64,000 nucleotides of DNA from Oceanispirochaeta sp. (GTDB lineage: Bacteria; Spirochaetota; Spirochaetia; DSM-2461). Of this stretch, positions 37,458-46,708 are shown in pieces. The position numbers and the translations under genes were made by a program. The DNA is taken from NCBI GenBank assembly GCA_963666275.2, contig CAXXOA010000001.1, forward strand, positions 1,216,001-1,280,000, in the 5' to 3' direction. The notes under the pieces are model-generated. The model was not told where the DNA came from. It saw nothing but the letters and a program-made list of their open reading frames with translations, and did not search any database. How positions within the stretch are numbered: position 1 is the first letter of the stretch; each line of letters begins with the position of its first letter.

Positions 37458-38768
37458 ATGAAAGAAAGAGCCAAAACATTTGTCATAGACACAAATGTGC
37501 TTATCCACAGACCTGATGCCATTATGTCTTTCCGAAACAGTGAAATTGTTATACCCATCTGGGTTCTGGAAGAACTGGATAAACTGAAAACAGAGCATGA
37601 AGGACGCGGCAGGAGTGCCCGGGCTGCCATCCGTTTTATCAATGAACTGAGCCGGCACGGGAATCTGCAGCGGGGTGTGAATCTGGAGAACGGCGGTCTT
37701 TTGAGGGTCATCCTTGATTTTGACAAGTCCGTGGAGGATTCTCTCTCCTCAGCCAAAATGGACAATAAGATTATTCTCTGTGCCCGGTTTCTGCAAAAGC
37801 ACAATAAAAATGTCTTTTTTGTTTCCAAGGATATTAATGCCCGTATAAAGGCCATATCCATCGGGATAAAAGCGGTGGACTATGAAAAGCATAAAGTCAA
37901 TATCCAGTCCCTCTACGAGGGAACAAGAGAACTGGATGGAGAGCGGAAGATCATTGACTCTCTTCTGCAGGAGGGGAGTGCGGAAGCTCCTGAAGCCAGT
38001 CTTTTCCCCAATCAGTATCTATTCCTGAAAGAAGGGGGAGATTCCAAAGCCTTCCATCTGGCAAGGTATAATCAGAGCGATAAAAGGGTTGTTCATATTC
38101 CCTCCTCCCTGGAGGAGCCGATCATGGGGATCTGGCCTCTGAACCCCCAGCAGAGGATTGCCTTCGATCTTTTAATGAATGACGATATCAAACTGGTCAC
38201 CCTTGTGGGAAAGGCCGGAACGGGAAAAACCCTTCTGTCTCTGGCCGCGGGACTCCAGAAAACCATGGAAGACAAGAAATACACACGGGTTCTGCTGAGC
38301 CGGCCCGTCATTCCCATGGGAAAGGACATCGGTTACCTGCCCGGGGCAAAAAACCAGAAGATGAGCCACTGGATGCAGCCCCTTTTTGACAACCTTGAAT
38401 ACATCATTGAAGTGGCCCACAGACAGAATCTCAAAAGCATAGACCAGGTTATGAACAACAAGGTCATTGAAATAGAAGCGCTCACCTATATCAGAGGACG
38501 TTCTCTTCCCAAACAGTACATCATCATCGATGAAGCCCAGAATCTGAGTCCCCACGAGGTGAAAACCATTGTCAGCCGGGCCGGAGAGGGGACCAAAGTG
38601 GTTCTGACCGGTGATCCCTATCAGATCGACAATCCCTACCTGGATGCCGAGTCCAACGGACTGACCTGCCTTGTGGAAGCCTTCAGGGATGTGGAGCTGG
38701 CCGGGCATATCACTCTGGGGCATTCTGAAAGAAGTCCTCTGGCCGAACTGGCATCGGAGCTGCTTTAA
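37458..38768 (+). CDS. PIN-domain PhoH-family ATPase (PhoH2/YlaK-like)
   Basis: PIN motifs VIDTNVL, VLEELD, DNKI and SKDINAR; PhoH motifs GKAGTGKT, YIRGRS, DEAQN and GDPYQID. Confidence 0.93.
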   Translation: MKERAKTFVIDTNVLIHRPDAIMSFRNSEIVIPIWVLEELDKLKTEHEGRGRSARAAIRFINELSRHGNLQRGVNLENGGLLRVILDFDKSVEDSLSSAKMDNKIILCARFLQKHNKNVFFVSKDINARIKAISIGIKAVDYEKHKVNIQSLYEGTRELDGERKIIDSLLQEGSAEAPEASLFPNQYLFLKEGGDSKAFHLARYNQSDKRVVHIPSSLEEPIMGIWPLNPQQRIAFDLLMNDDIKLVTLVGKAGTGKTLLSLAAGLQKTMEDKKYTRVLLSRPVIPMGKDIGYLPGAKNQKMSHWMQPLFDNLEYIIEVAHRQNLKSIDQVMNNKVIEIEALTYIRGRSLPKQYIIIDEAQNLSPHEVKTIVSRAGEGTKVVLTGDPYQIDNPYLDAESNGLTCLVEAFRDVELAGHITLGHSERSPLAELASELL

Positions 38769-38771
38769 AAA

Positions 38772-39098
38772 ATGGCCCAGTACAGCAGTAAAGTAGAAGC
38801 GGAACTGATAAAACTGAAGAAAAAGTCCTTCAAGGTAGCCCAGGAGCAGGCTCTGAACGAACTGTCGGGAGAATTTGACAGGTGGAAGAAGAAGAGGATC
38901 GGGGCGGATACTCTGGAAGTGGCCATCGAAAAGCACAAATCCTTCCGGAAGGATATGCTCGAGAGGTTCTATATGAACGATGGAGATCCGGGCGTTCCTG
39001 TTGCCGAAGCCCTCAACAAAGGGTATCTCCAAAAAGAAGATTTATCGCCGGAAGCGCTGAATTCTATTGAGATTTTGATTGATTTGGTTAATATTTAA
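38772..39098 (+). CDS. Hypothetical protein
   Basis: 108-aa ORF directly after the PhoH gene, same strand. Confidence 0.7.
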   Translation: MAQYSSKVEAELIKLKKKSFKVAQEQALNELSGEFDRWKKKRIGADTLEVAIEKHKSFRKDMLERFYMNDGDPGVPVAEALNKGYLQKEDLSPEALNSIEILIDLVNI

Positions 39099-39133
39099 AG
39101 TAGAGATTAATTCTGAAGAACAAGGAGCAGTCT

Positions 39134-39376
39134 ATGGAAGAAGTAAAATTTTGCTCATATTGCGGAAAGCTGACAAGCTCCTGCTATTCCTTCTGCCCCT
39201 GGTGCGGCAAGAGCCTTGAGAATAAAACAGAACTTCAGGATGTTCTCGAAAAACCCTTCAGTAAACTGGAAAAGATTCAGGTTGAAGAAAAACTGGAGGT
39301 TCTGGATAAACTCCAGTCCTGCCTTGACAGCCTGGAAGAGGAACTGGAAGCTTTTTTAGCCAAGTCTCATCATTAA
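39134..39376 (+). CDS. Zinc-ribbon plus coiled-coil hypothetical protein
   Basis: CSYCG...CPWCG motif and AAGGAG RBS. Confidence 0.75.
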   Translation: MEEVKFCSYCGKLTSSCYSFCPWCGKSLENKTELQDVLEKPFSKLEKIQVEEKLEVLDKLQSCLDSLEEELEAFLAKSHH

Positions 39377-39401
39377 GCCCTCTTTTTCCGATAAGACATT
39401 A

Positions 39402-41663
39402 ATGAGCCCTTTGAAAAAAATTCTTTTACTCCTCTGTATCCTTGCGGGAAGCTCTGTGTTTTCCCAGACCCGTCAGGTCCTCCTTTCCGGTCCCGATATA
39501 AGCAGCGACAGTCAGATCGCTGTGATCATGACCAGTCCCGTCACAGAGGGATATGAATACTCCACAGCTGTCCTGGGGGCAGCGGACAAGCCTGCTTCTC
39601 AGGCTGTTACAGTCTATCCGGAAGAGAGTGCCTATTTTTCCCAGAGAAAAGAGCTGAGGCTCTATAATCACTACGGCCTGTATCACTATGAACAGGAAAA
39701 ACAGAGCTGGTATACCGCAGACTATCTCCCTTCCTTCGCAGAGGGCCGGGCGGTCACCCCTCTGAGGCTCCTTCCTGTCTATCACTCCCCCGACGGGAGG
39801 TATACCGTTTTTGCCAGAGAAGAGGAGGATTTTACAGTCTCTCTCCATCTCTATGATCATGACAGAAGAGTCTCTGTGTCCATCACAGCCTTCCTGCCCA
39901 GGGAATTCACCACGGACCTTGTGAAATGGTCCCCCGATTCCCGGTATTTTATCTATCGCCGGAGCCGGGAGCTCTATTACTTTTCGATTGATCAGTATCT
40001 GAGCAGCCGTATCCCCGCCGAAGAGTTCAGAACTCTGGGGCATTCCTATATGAATTCCGCCGCCTGGGGGCTCGGAAACTACCTCTATCTTTTCAGTGGA
40101 AAGCTCCTTTACAGGCTTCACAGTTCCGAATTCTTTACCCGTTCCTTTTATGCGGATCCCTTTCAGAAAGGATCCGTCTGGGGCAGGATCCCCCTGGCTT
40201 TTGATCCTCAGTTCGATCAGTTTTCGGTCAGTCCCCGGGGGGACGCCGTATTTCTGTACCGGGATGAAAAGGACGGATTTGTCTTTTCCCTGGAGAGCGC
40301 CGCCACCGCAGGAGACCCTGTTACCCAGGCCGCCAGTATGGCTGTTCCCGAGGGGTACAGGATCTCTCACCCCGCCTGGATTGACAACACCTCCCTGCTG
40401 CTGCAGGTTTCCGGTCCTGCGGAGGAACACAGCCGGGTCTATCTGCTGGACCGGAGAGAGGACAGCCGGTTCCGCCTTCTTGCGGATAAAGATATCTCCG
40501 GTTTTGCCATCGGTCCGGAGGGAAAAGAGATCGCCCTGCTTGAAAAAGAGAAAATTACAATACTGAACAGTTCGGATAAAGAGGTTTCCAGGACTCTGAC
40601 AATAGATGCGCCTCTTCAGATCTTCTGGACGGAAAAGGGATATATCCTGCTGGGCCGTACCCTCCAGAAGGAAGTCAGCGGCAGTGAAACCCGAACGATC
40701 GGTCTCAGTCAGGCGGAGAGAGTCAGTTTTACAGCGGAGAACGGGCTTCTGGCAGCTGTAGGGAGTGACACTTTCCTGTACCGGGGAAACCTTCAATGGG
40801 AACCCGCAGGAGACGAGGAGATCAGACAGGGCCGGCTCAGTAACGATAATTACAGGATCTACCTGGAGGACAGGCCCGGGAGCTGGTACGCCCAGTCTCT
40901 GAAAATCCGAAAAGCCGACAGCTATACCACAAGCGAATTCCTGCGTCCTTTCCGGAAAAACCAGATTTCCGCCGCTGTGCCTGTTTACAGGCAGAACCGG
41001 CGGGATGTTCCCTGGTATGTAACAAAAGGGAACAGCTTCGGAAGAAAAGAGGTCTCTCTTGTTTTCAATGTGAGCCAGTCAGCCGAAGGGCTGGGACGGC
41101 TGCTGCAGGAACTGGAAGGTTATGGCATCAAAGCCGCCTTTTTTCTGAACGGGGATTTTATCAATAACTATCCCGACGGCGCCAGGCTTCTTGCCGCCTC
41201 GTCCCATACGGTGGGATCTCTTTTCTATACCTACTTTGATATGTCCGATCCCCAGTATCAGATAAACAGGGATTTTCTCAAAAAAGGTCTGGCCCGGAAC
41301 GAAGATGACTATTTTATTGCCACCGGCCGGGAGATGGCTATGATCTGGCATGCGCCCTACTACTATCTGAACAATGAAATTCTTGATACCACGGGATTAT
41401 TGAACTATATCTATATTGGAAAGGAACTGAATGTTCCCGATGCGGTGGGGGAGGGGGAATCTCCCCTCTACAGGGATTCGGATGCTCTTATTGAGGATCT
41501 TCTGGGTCATGTGACCCCCGGCGCCATCATTCCTGTCACACTGGGACGGACTTCCCGGAGAGAGGATTATCTTTACAGGCATGTTTCTCAGCTCATTGAG
41601 GGACTGATTCTGGAGGGATACGATTTTGTTCCGCTGGAAAATTTTACGGATACTCCCTTCTAG
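39402..41663 (+). CDS. Secreted beta-propeller protein with a C-terminal polysaccharide deacetylase-like domain
   Basis: Signal peptide; SPDGR, WSPDSR and SPRGD propeller-like repeats; C-terminal VSLVFN, KAAFFLNG, WHAPY and PGAII NodB-like segments. Confidence 0.75.
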   Translation: MSPLKKILLLLCILAGSSVFSQTRQVLLSGPDISSDSQIAVIMTSPVTEGYEYSTAVLGAADKPASQAVTVYPEESAYFSQRKELRLYNHYGLYHYEQEKQSWYTADYLPSFAEGRAVTPLRLLPVYHSPDGRYTVFAREEEDFTVSLHLYDHDRRVSVSITAFLPREFTTDLVKWSPDSRYFIYRRSRELYYFSIDQYLSSRIPAEEFRTLGHSYMNSAAWGLGNYLYLFSGKLLYRLHSSEFFTRSFYADPFQKGSVWGRIPLAFDPQFDQFSVSPRGDAVFLYRDEKDGFVFSLESAATAGDPVTQAASMAVPEGYRISHPAWIDNTSLLLQVSGPAEEHSRVYLLDRREDSRFRLLADKDISGFAIGPEGKEIALLEKEKITILNSSDKEVSRTLTIDAPLQIFWTEKGYILLGRTLQKEVSGSETRTIGLSQAERVSFTAENGLLAAVGSDTFLYRGNLQWEPAGDEEIRQGRLSNDNYRIYLEDRPGSWYAQSLKIRKADSYTTSEFLRPFRKNQISAAVPVYRQNRRDVPWYVTKGNSFGRKEVSLVFNVSQSAEGLGRLLQELEGYGIKAAFFLNGDFINNYPDGARLLAASSHTVGSLFYTYFDMSDPQYQINRDFLKKGLARNEDDYFIATGREMAMIWHAPYYYLNNEILDTTGLLNYIYIGKELNVPDAVGEGESPLYRDSDALIEDLLGHVTPGAIIPVTLGRTSRREDYLYRHVSQLIEGLILEGYDFVPLENFTDTPF

Positions 41664-41751
41664 GGGATCCGGAGCAAGAAGATTTGGCGGAATAGGAAAA
41701 ACAGGGTTGAATAAAGTGAAGAGGAGTTATAGATTTTTTACCAATTCACTC

Positions 41752-41779
41752 TAAAGCTTTAAAAATACATTGCCGAAAA
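41752..41779 (+). promoter_or_regulatory. sigma28 (FliA)-type promoter of fliS
   Basis: TAAA (41752)-N16-GCCGAAAA (41772-41779). Confidence 0.7.
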
Positions 41780-41812
41780 TATAGTGAAGAATCAGGGGAG
41801 GGCTGCTTTTAC

Positions 41813-42235
41813 ATGAATAAAAATCCTTTAAATGCTTACCATCAGACAAAAGTTAAAACTGCTGGACAGGGACGGCTTATTGTTATGCTCTATGATGAAG
41901 CGATTAAGCAGCTGGATAAAGCCGAAGCCGAAATGACAAGTCCTTCCAGGAAACTGGATATTGTTCATAATTCCATTGTAAAAGCTCAGGATGTTATTAC
42001 AGAACTGATGGCATCCCTGGATTTTGATAAAGGCGGAGATATCGCCCGGAACCTCTACAGCCTCTATACTTTTTTCAATCAGCAGCTGATGGAAGCGAAT
42101 ATTCAGAAGAAACCGGGAAATCTCAAAGACATCCGGAATATGCTTGTGGAACTGAGAGATGCCTGGGCTGCGATCGAGGGGAAAACCCAGCAGTCCGGAA
42201 ACGGCAGTCCCATGGGTGTGAATATCGCCGGCTAG
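41813..42235 (+). CDS. fliS: Flagellar export chaperone
   Basis: AY...VKTA...LIVMLYD, KAQDVITELMASLD, NLYSLY, LRDAW. Confidence 0.95.
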   Translation: MNKNPLNAYHQTKVKTAGQGRLIVMLYDEAIKQLDKAEAEMTSPSRKLDIVHNSIVKAQDVITELMASLDFDKGGDIARNLYSLYTFFNQQLMEANIQKKPGNLKDIRNMLVELRDAWAAIEGKTQQSGNGSPMGVNIAG

Positions 42236-42247
42236 GAGAGTTGCCGG

Positions 42248-42664
42248 ATGCCCCGGGGCAATCCTGAAACCTATCTGACTTCCCTGTTGACAGAACTGGA
42301 CGTCCTTTATGCGGAGTATTCCGCCTTTCTGGAATCCTACAATCTGAAAAACGGCAGGGGAAAGCTCATTTCCTACTACAATTTTCTCACCATTCAGAAT
42401 GACATGTTCAGAAAAATCGAAGCAAGGGAGAAGGTCTTCCGCTCCCTGCGGAAAGATTTTTCCGCTGTTTCCGATGCTCTTGGTTCCCTGCGGCAGCAGG
42501 TGGATCAAAGGAGATCAGAGGCGGTGAACAGAAGCCGTCACTTGATGAATGAGATCCGTTCTGTTATGAATACAAACAAAGAGGAACGGAGAACTCTCTC
42601 TATTCCCCGCAGCCAACCAAGAAAAAAGGAATCAGTTCCGTCGCTGATAGATATCAAATTATGA
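42248..42664 (+). CDS. Hypothetical helical protein (FlgN/FliT-like by position)
   Basis: Helical ORF between fliS and polA ending PSLIDIKL. GGAG RBS. Confidence 0.6.
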   Translation: MPRGNPETYLTSLLTELDVLYAEYSAFLESYNLKNGRGKLISYYNFLTIQNDMFRKIEAREKVFRSLRKDFSAVSDALGSLRQQVDQRRSEAVNRSRHLMNEIRSVMNTNKEERRTLSIPRSQPRKKESVPSLIDIKL

Positions 42665-45348
42665 AAGAACCCGTATATTTACTGGATGGATACAGTGTTA
42701 TCTATCGATCCTATTTTGCTTTTATAAGACAGCCCATGAGAAATGCCGAAGGCAGGAATATTTCTGCGGTTTTCGGTTTTTTCCGCACCCTTTTCAGTAT
42801 CCGGCAGAAACGGGGTACCGATCATCTCGTGGTGCTAATGGATTCGAAAACAAAAACCTTCAGACACGAGATGTATCCGGAGTACAAAGCCACAAGGGAT
42901 AAAACCCCCGATGATCTGCATGAACAGATCCCTTTGATCGAGGAACTCCTGGGCCTTTTGGGGGTCCCCACGCTGAGAGCCGACGGTTTTGAAGCGGATG
43001 ACCTTATGGGAACCCTAGCCGTGAAAGCCCGGGAGGAAGGGCGCCGGGCCTACATTATTTCGGGAGACAAAGACCTCCTGCAGTTTGCCGGGGATTCCAT
43101 ATCCATTCTGAAACCCGACAAGGGCGATCTTGTGGAGATGAACCGGGATGAAGTTTTTGAAGACCGGGGCGTCTGGCCCGAACAGATCGTGGACTATCTG
43201 GCCCTGGTGGGTGATACGGCGGATAATGTCCCCGGAGTTGCCGGTATAGGGCCGAAAACAGCGGCCAAACTCCTTCAGACCTATGGGACCCTGGAGGGTA
43301 TCTATGAACATCTGGATGAAATAAAAAGTAAAAGCCAGAAACAGAAACTGGAAGAGAACAGGGACAATGCTTTTTTCAGCAAAGAGCTAGTTCAGATCAG
43401 AATCGATGTCCCTGTGGACTATACCCCGGAAAGCCTCAAAATCTCCGGGGGGGACAATTCTGAAGCGGCCCGGGTATTTCTCCGGGAGGGAATCACCTCT
43501 CTGGCCCGGGAGCTGGATCCGGATGCGGAAGTCCCCGAAGAGGAGAAGGTGGAGAAAAATAACGGAAAGGGCCGGTATGAAGCGGTTCTGACCGAAGAAG
43601 CTCTCCAGACCTGGATCGGGAGGATACGCGGTAAGGGGATTGTGAGCCTGGATACGGAAACCGATTCACTCAACCCCATGGAGGCCAATCCCGTGGGAAT
43701 CTGTCTCTCTGTGGGAGACAACGAAGCCTGTTATGTTCCACTGGCGGCAGCCGGAGCGGAGTGTCTGGATGCGGAGCTTGTGAAGAAGGCTCTGAAGCCC
43801 CTTCTGGAAGATCCGGAAATCAAAATCATTGGTCAGAATATCAAATACGACTGGAAAGTGCTCAAGCGCTGGGGAATCGATCTGGGAGATGCCTATTTCG
43901 ATACCATGGTGGCAGCCTGGATGATCGATGCGGGGACTCCCGTGAATATGGATTTTCTGGCCGAACGCTATCTGGACTATAAAACTGTTCATTTTGCGGA
44001 TATCGTCCCCAAAGGGAGCATCTTTTCGGATATCCCTCTGGATCAGGCGGTGGACTATGCCGCGGAAGATGCGGACATTACCTGGCGGCTCTATGAGGTG
44101 CTCTCCTCTCTACTGGAGGAGAAGGGGCTGAAAGATCTCTTTCAGACTCTGGAAATGCCTCTGGTCAGGATCCTGGCCAGGATGGAGTACAGGGGAATCC
44201 TGTTCAATCAGATTGAGATGGACATCTATGCCCATGAGCTCAACGATGCCCTGGACCTTCTGAAAAAAGAGATCTATACCCTCTGCGGTAAGAAATTCAA
44301 CATAAACAGTACGAAACAGCTGCAGGAGGTTCTGTTTACAGACAGAAAACTCCAGCCTCTGAAGAAGACAAAAAGCGGCTTCTCCACGGACAACGGGGTA
44401 CTGCAGCAGCTGGCCGAGGAGGATCCGGTTCCCGAGAAGATTCTTATCTACCGGGGCCTGGCCAAGCTGAAATCCACCTATGTGGATACCCTGCCAACCA
44501 TGATTAATCCCCGGACCGGCCGGATTCATACCTCCTATATTCAGACCGGAGCCGCCACGGGCCGTCTGGCAAGCAAGGATCCCAATCTGCAGAATATCCC
44601 TGTGAGGGACGAAAACGGCAGACGGATCCGGAAAGCCTTTCATCCCGAAAAGGGGAGTCTCTTCCTGTCGGCCGACTACTCGCAGATCGAGCTTGTGGTG
44701 CTGGCCCATCTGTCGGAAGACCCCGGTCTGATCGAGGCTTTTACGACGGGTCAGGATGTGCACAGAAAAACAGCATCCCTCATATTTAAAACTGAAGCGG
44801 AAGAGGTGACAGACTCTCAGAGACGGATAGCCAAGACAATCAACTTCGGTGTTATGTACGGCATGTCCGCCTTCCGGCTCTCCAATGAGCTGAAAATTTC
44901 CCGGGCCGATGCCAAACAGTTCATCGATACCTATTTTGAAGAGTACTCGGGCATAAAGAGGTTTGTAGACGAAACCGTAAAGCAGGCGGAGCTGGACCTG
45001 GGCGTCTATACAGTGATGGGCCGGTTCCGGCCGATACCCAGTATCACAAGTAAAAACAAGATGGAAAAAAGCGGAGCCGAAAGGGCGGCTGTGAATACGC
45101 GGATTCAGGGAACCGCCGCGGATATCGTGAAAAAAGCCATGCTGGCCATGGATAAGGCTCTCACAGAGAAAAATCTGAAAGCCCGGGTTCTGCTGCAGGT
45201 ACACGATGAGATTATTCTGGAAGTCCCCGAAGAGGAAGTCGATGTGTGCCGTGACCTTCTGAAAGAGGTGATGGAGAGTGTGATGACCCTGAAGGTTCCT
45301 CTGGTTGCCAATGTGGAAACCGGAAAGAGCTGGGGGGACATTCACTGA
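42661..45348 (+). CDS. polA: DNA polymerase I
   Basis: 5'-3' exonuclease (LLDG, YKATR, EADD, GDKD), 3'-5' exonuclease (DTET, YAAEDAD) and polymerase motifs DYSQIEL, AKTINFGVMYG and QVHDE. Confidence 0.98.
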   Translation: MKEPVYLLDGYSVIYRSYFAFIRQPMRNAEGRNISAVFGFFRTLFSIRQKRGTDHLVVLMDSKTKTFRHEMYPEYKATRDKTPDDLHEQIPLIEELLGLLGVPTLRADGFEADDLMGTLAVKAREEGRRAYIISGDKDLLQFAGDSISILKPDKGDLVEMNRDEVFEDRGVWPEQIVDYLALVGDTADNVPGVAGIGPKTAAKLLQTYGTLEGIYEHLDEIKSKSQKQKLEENRDNAFFSKELVQIRIDVPVDYTPESLKISGGDNSEAARVFLREGITSLARELDPDAEVPEEEKVEKNNGKGRYEAVLTEEALQTWIGRIRGKGIVSLDTETDSLNPMEANPVGICLSVGDNEACYVPLAAAGAECLDAELVKKALKPLLEDPEIKIIGQNIKYDWKVLKRWGIDLGDAYFDTMVAAWMIDAGTPVNMDFLAERYLDYKTVHFADIVPKGSIFSDIPLDQAVDYAAEDADITWRLYEVLSSLLEEKGLKDLFQTLEMPLVRILARMEYRGILFNQIEMDIYAHELNDALDLLKKEIYTLCGKKFNINSTKQLQEVLFTDRKLQPLKKTKSGFSTDNGVLQQLAEEDPVPEKILIYRGLAKLKSTYVDTLPTMINPRTGRIHTSYIQTGAATGRLASKDPNLQNIPVRDENGRRIRKAFHPEKGSLFLSADYSQIELVVLAHLSEDPGLIEAFTTGQDVHRKTASLIFKTEAEEVTDSQRRIAKTINFGVMYGMSAFRLSNELKISRADAKQFIDTYFEEYSGIKRFVDETVKQAELDLGVYTVMGRFRPIPSITSKNKMEKSGAERAAVNTRIQGTAADIVKKAMLAMDKALTEKNLKARVLLQVHDEIILEVPEEEVDVCRDLLKEVMESVMTLKVPLVANVETGKSWGDIH

Positions 45349-45350
45349 GT

Positions 45351-45941
45351 ATGATTGTCGGTCTGGCCGGCAGAAGCTGCGCGGGGAAAAACCAGGTAGC
45401 CCGTCTCCTGGAGGAGAAAGGCTGGGTCTCCTATGATATGGACCTTATGGCCCATGAAATCCTGGACGAACTCTCCCCCCGGGCGGCCGTGCTCTTCGGG
45501 CGGGAGATCCTGGACTCCCGGGGCAGGGTGGACCGGAAAAAGCTGGGTCCCCTGGTCTTTGCGGATCCGGATCAGCTCAAAAAGCTGGAGGATCTTCTCT
45601 ATCCGGAACTTCAGAAAAAACTGGAATCCCTTCTGAGGGCAAGAGAGGACGGGGATCCCCCGGTGATCCTCAACGCGGCGGCCCTGGAGAAAAGCTCTTT
45701 CTGGGAAAACTGCGATGCCCTTATCTGGGTTCACTCCTGCTGGATCAGAAGGCTCTACCGGGCCTGGAAAAGGGACAGGAAACCTCTGAAAGAACTATTG
45801 AGACGATTTCATGCACAAAGGCAACTTAAGCCTCAATATTTTTTTCACAAGGTCGATACTTATATTATAAAGAATGATGGAACAAGGAAGGCCCTGAATA
45901 ACCGTATCAACAGATGGTTGGCCAGTCTTCCTCCGGAGTGA
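45351..45941 (+). CDS. coaE: Dephospho-CoA kinase
   Basis: IVGLAGRSCAGK and DRKKLGPLVF; follows polA. Confidence 0.9.
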   Translation: MIVGLAGRSCAGKNQVARLLEEKGWVSYDMDLMAHEILDELSPRAAVLFGREILDSRGRVDRKKLGPLVFADPDQLKKLEDLLYPELQKKLESLLRAREDGDPPVILNAAALEKSSFWENCDALIWVHSCWIRRLYRAWKRDRKPLKELLRRFHAQRQLKPQYFFHKVDTYIIKNDGTRKALNNRINRWLASLPPE

Positions 45942-45951
45942 GACGGAACAT

Positions 45952-46608
45952 ATGGAAATGGAAAAGAAAAAAAACAGTCTGGAAGATAATTCTATAAAAA
46001 CTCTCTGGGTGCTGTTATCCGCCCTGGGTCTCCTGATCATAGTGGGGGTAGCGGGGGTTTTCTTCTTCTCTCCCGATAAAAGTCAGGGCGAGATTAAACC
46101 TGCTCTGGCCGCCACCACGGCCCTTCCCGCGGAATCACCGGAAGAGTTTGATCCCATAGAATGGGCCAGAAAGTCCGAAGAGTATCCGGTGCTGCAGGAA
46201 GAGAATACCCTGGAAGAGGACTTCATCGTGGAACTTGTGGCCGAAGATGAGGCACCTCCTGAGACGCCCGCAGCCGCAGCTGCTCCCATGGAGAAACCCG
46301 CTCCCGTGGTAACCGCGCCCGAGCCTGTGTATAAAGATGTGAAAGTCACGGTTTACTGGATTCAGGTCGGTTCCTACACCACCATGACCAAGGCCGAAAC
46401 TGTCAGCTCTTTTCTGAAAGACAAAGGGGTCAACAGCACCATTCAGGTCAAAGCCGTAGACGGCTCCACCCGCTACAGGGTCAGGATCGGAGCGTTCAAC
46501 TCCAAGGCCGAAGCGGAAAAGTTCAATACCCAGGTCAGATCTCTGGACGGGTATGAACAGAGTTATGTGGTTCAGTCCACCATAACAAGACAGATAGAAG
46601 CAAACTGA
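45952..46608 (+). CDS. SPOR-domain cell division protein
   Basis: N-terminal TM helix, Pro/Ala linker, then YWIQVGSY...YRVRIGAF. Confidence 0.88.
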   Translation: MEMEKKKNSLEDNSIKTLWVLLSALGLLIIVGVAGVFFFSPDKSQGEIKPALAATTALPAESPEEFDPIEWARKSEEYPVLQEENTLEEDFIVELVAEDEAPPETPAAAAAPMEKPAPVVTAPEPVYKDVKVTVYWIQVGSYTTMTKAETVSSFLKDKGVNSTIQVKAVDGSTRYRVRIGAFNSKAEAEKFNTQVRSLDGYEQSYVVQSTITRQIEAN

Positions 46609-46630
46609 TATTCAGATAAGTCCCATAGAG

Positions 46631-46660
46631 AAAACGGTACCGATTTGGTACCGTTTTTTT
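46631..46660 (+). terminator. Intrinsic terminator
   Basis: AAAACGGTACC-GATTT-GGTACCGTTTTTTT. Confidence 0.85.
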
Positions 46661-46708
46661 ATGGAGAAGTTTCTCATTCCTTTTTGAGATGGTATATACT
46701 TTCTAAGT

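Noticed and set aside
39367..39394. TCCGATAA as a sigma28 -10 upstream of the deacetylase-like gene
   Set aside because: There is no convincing TAAA -35 at the correct spacing.
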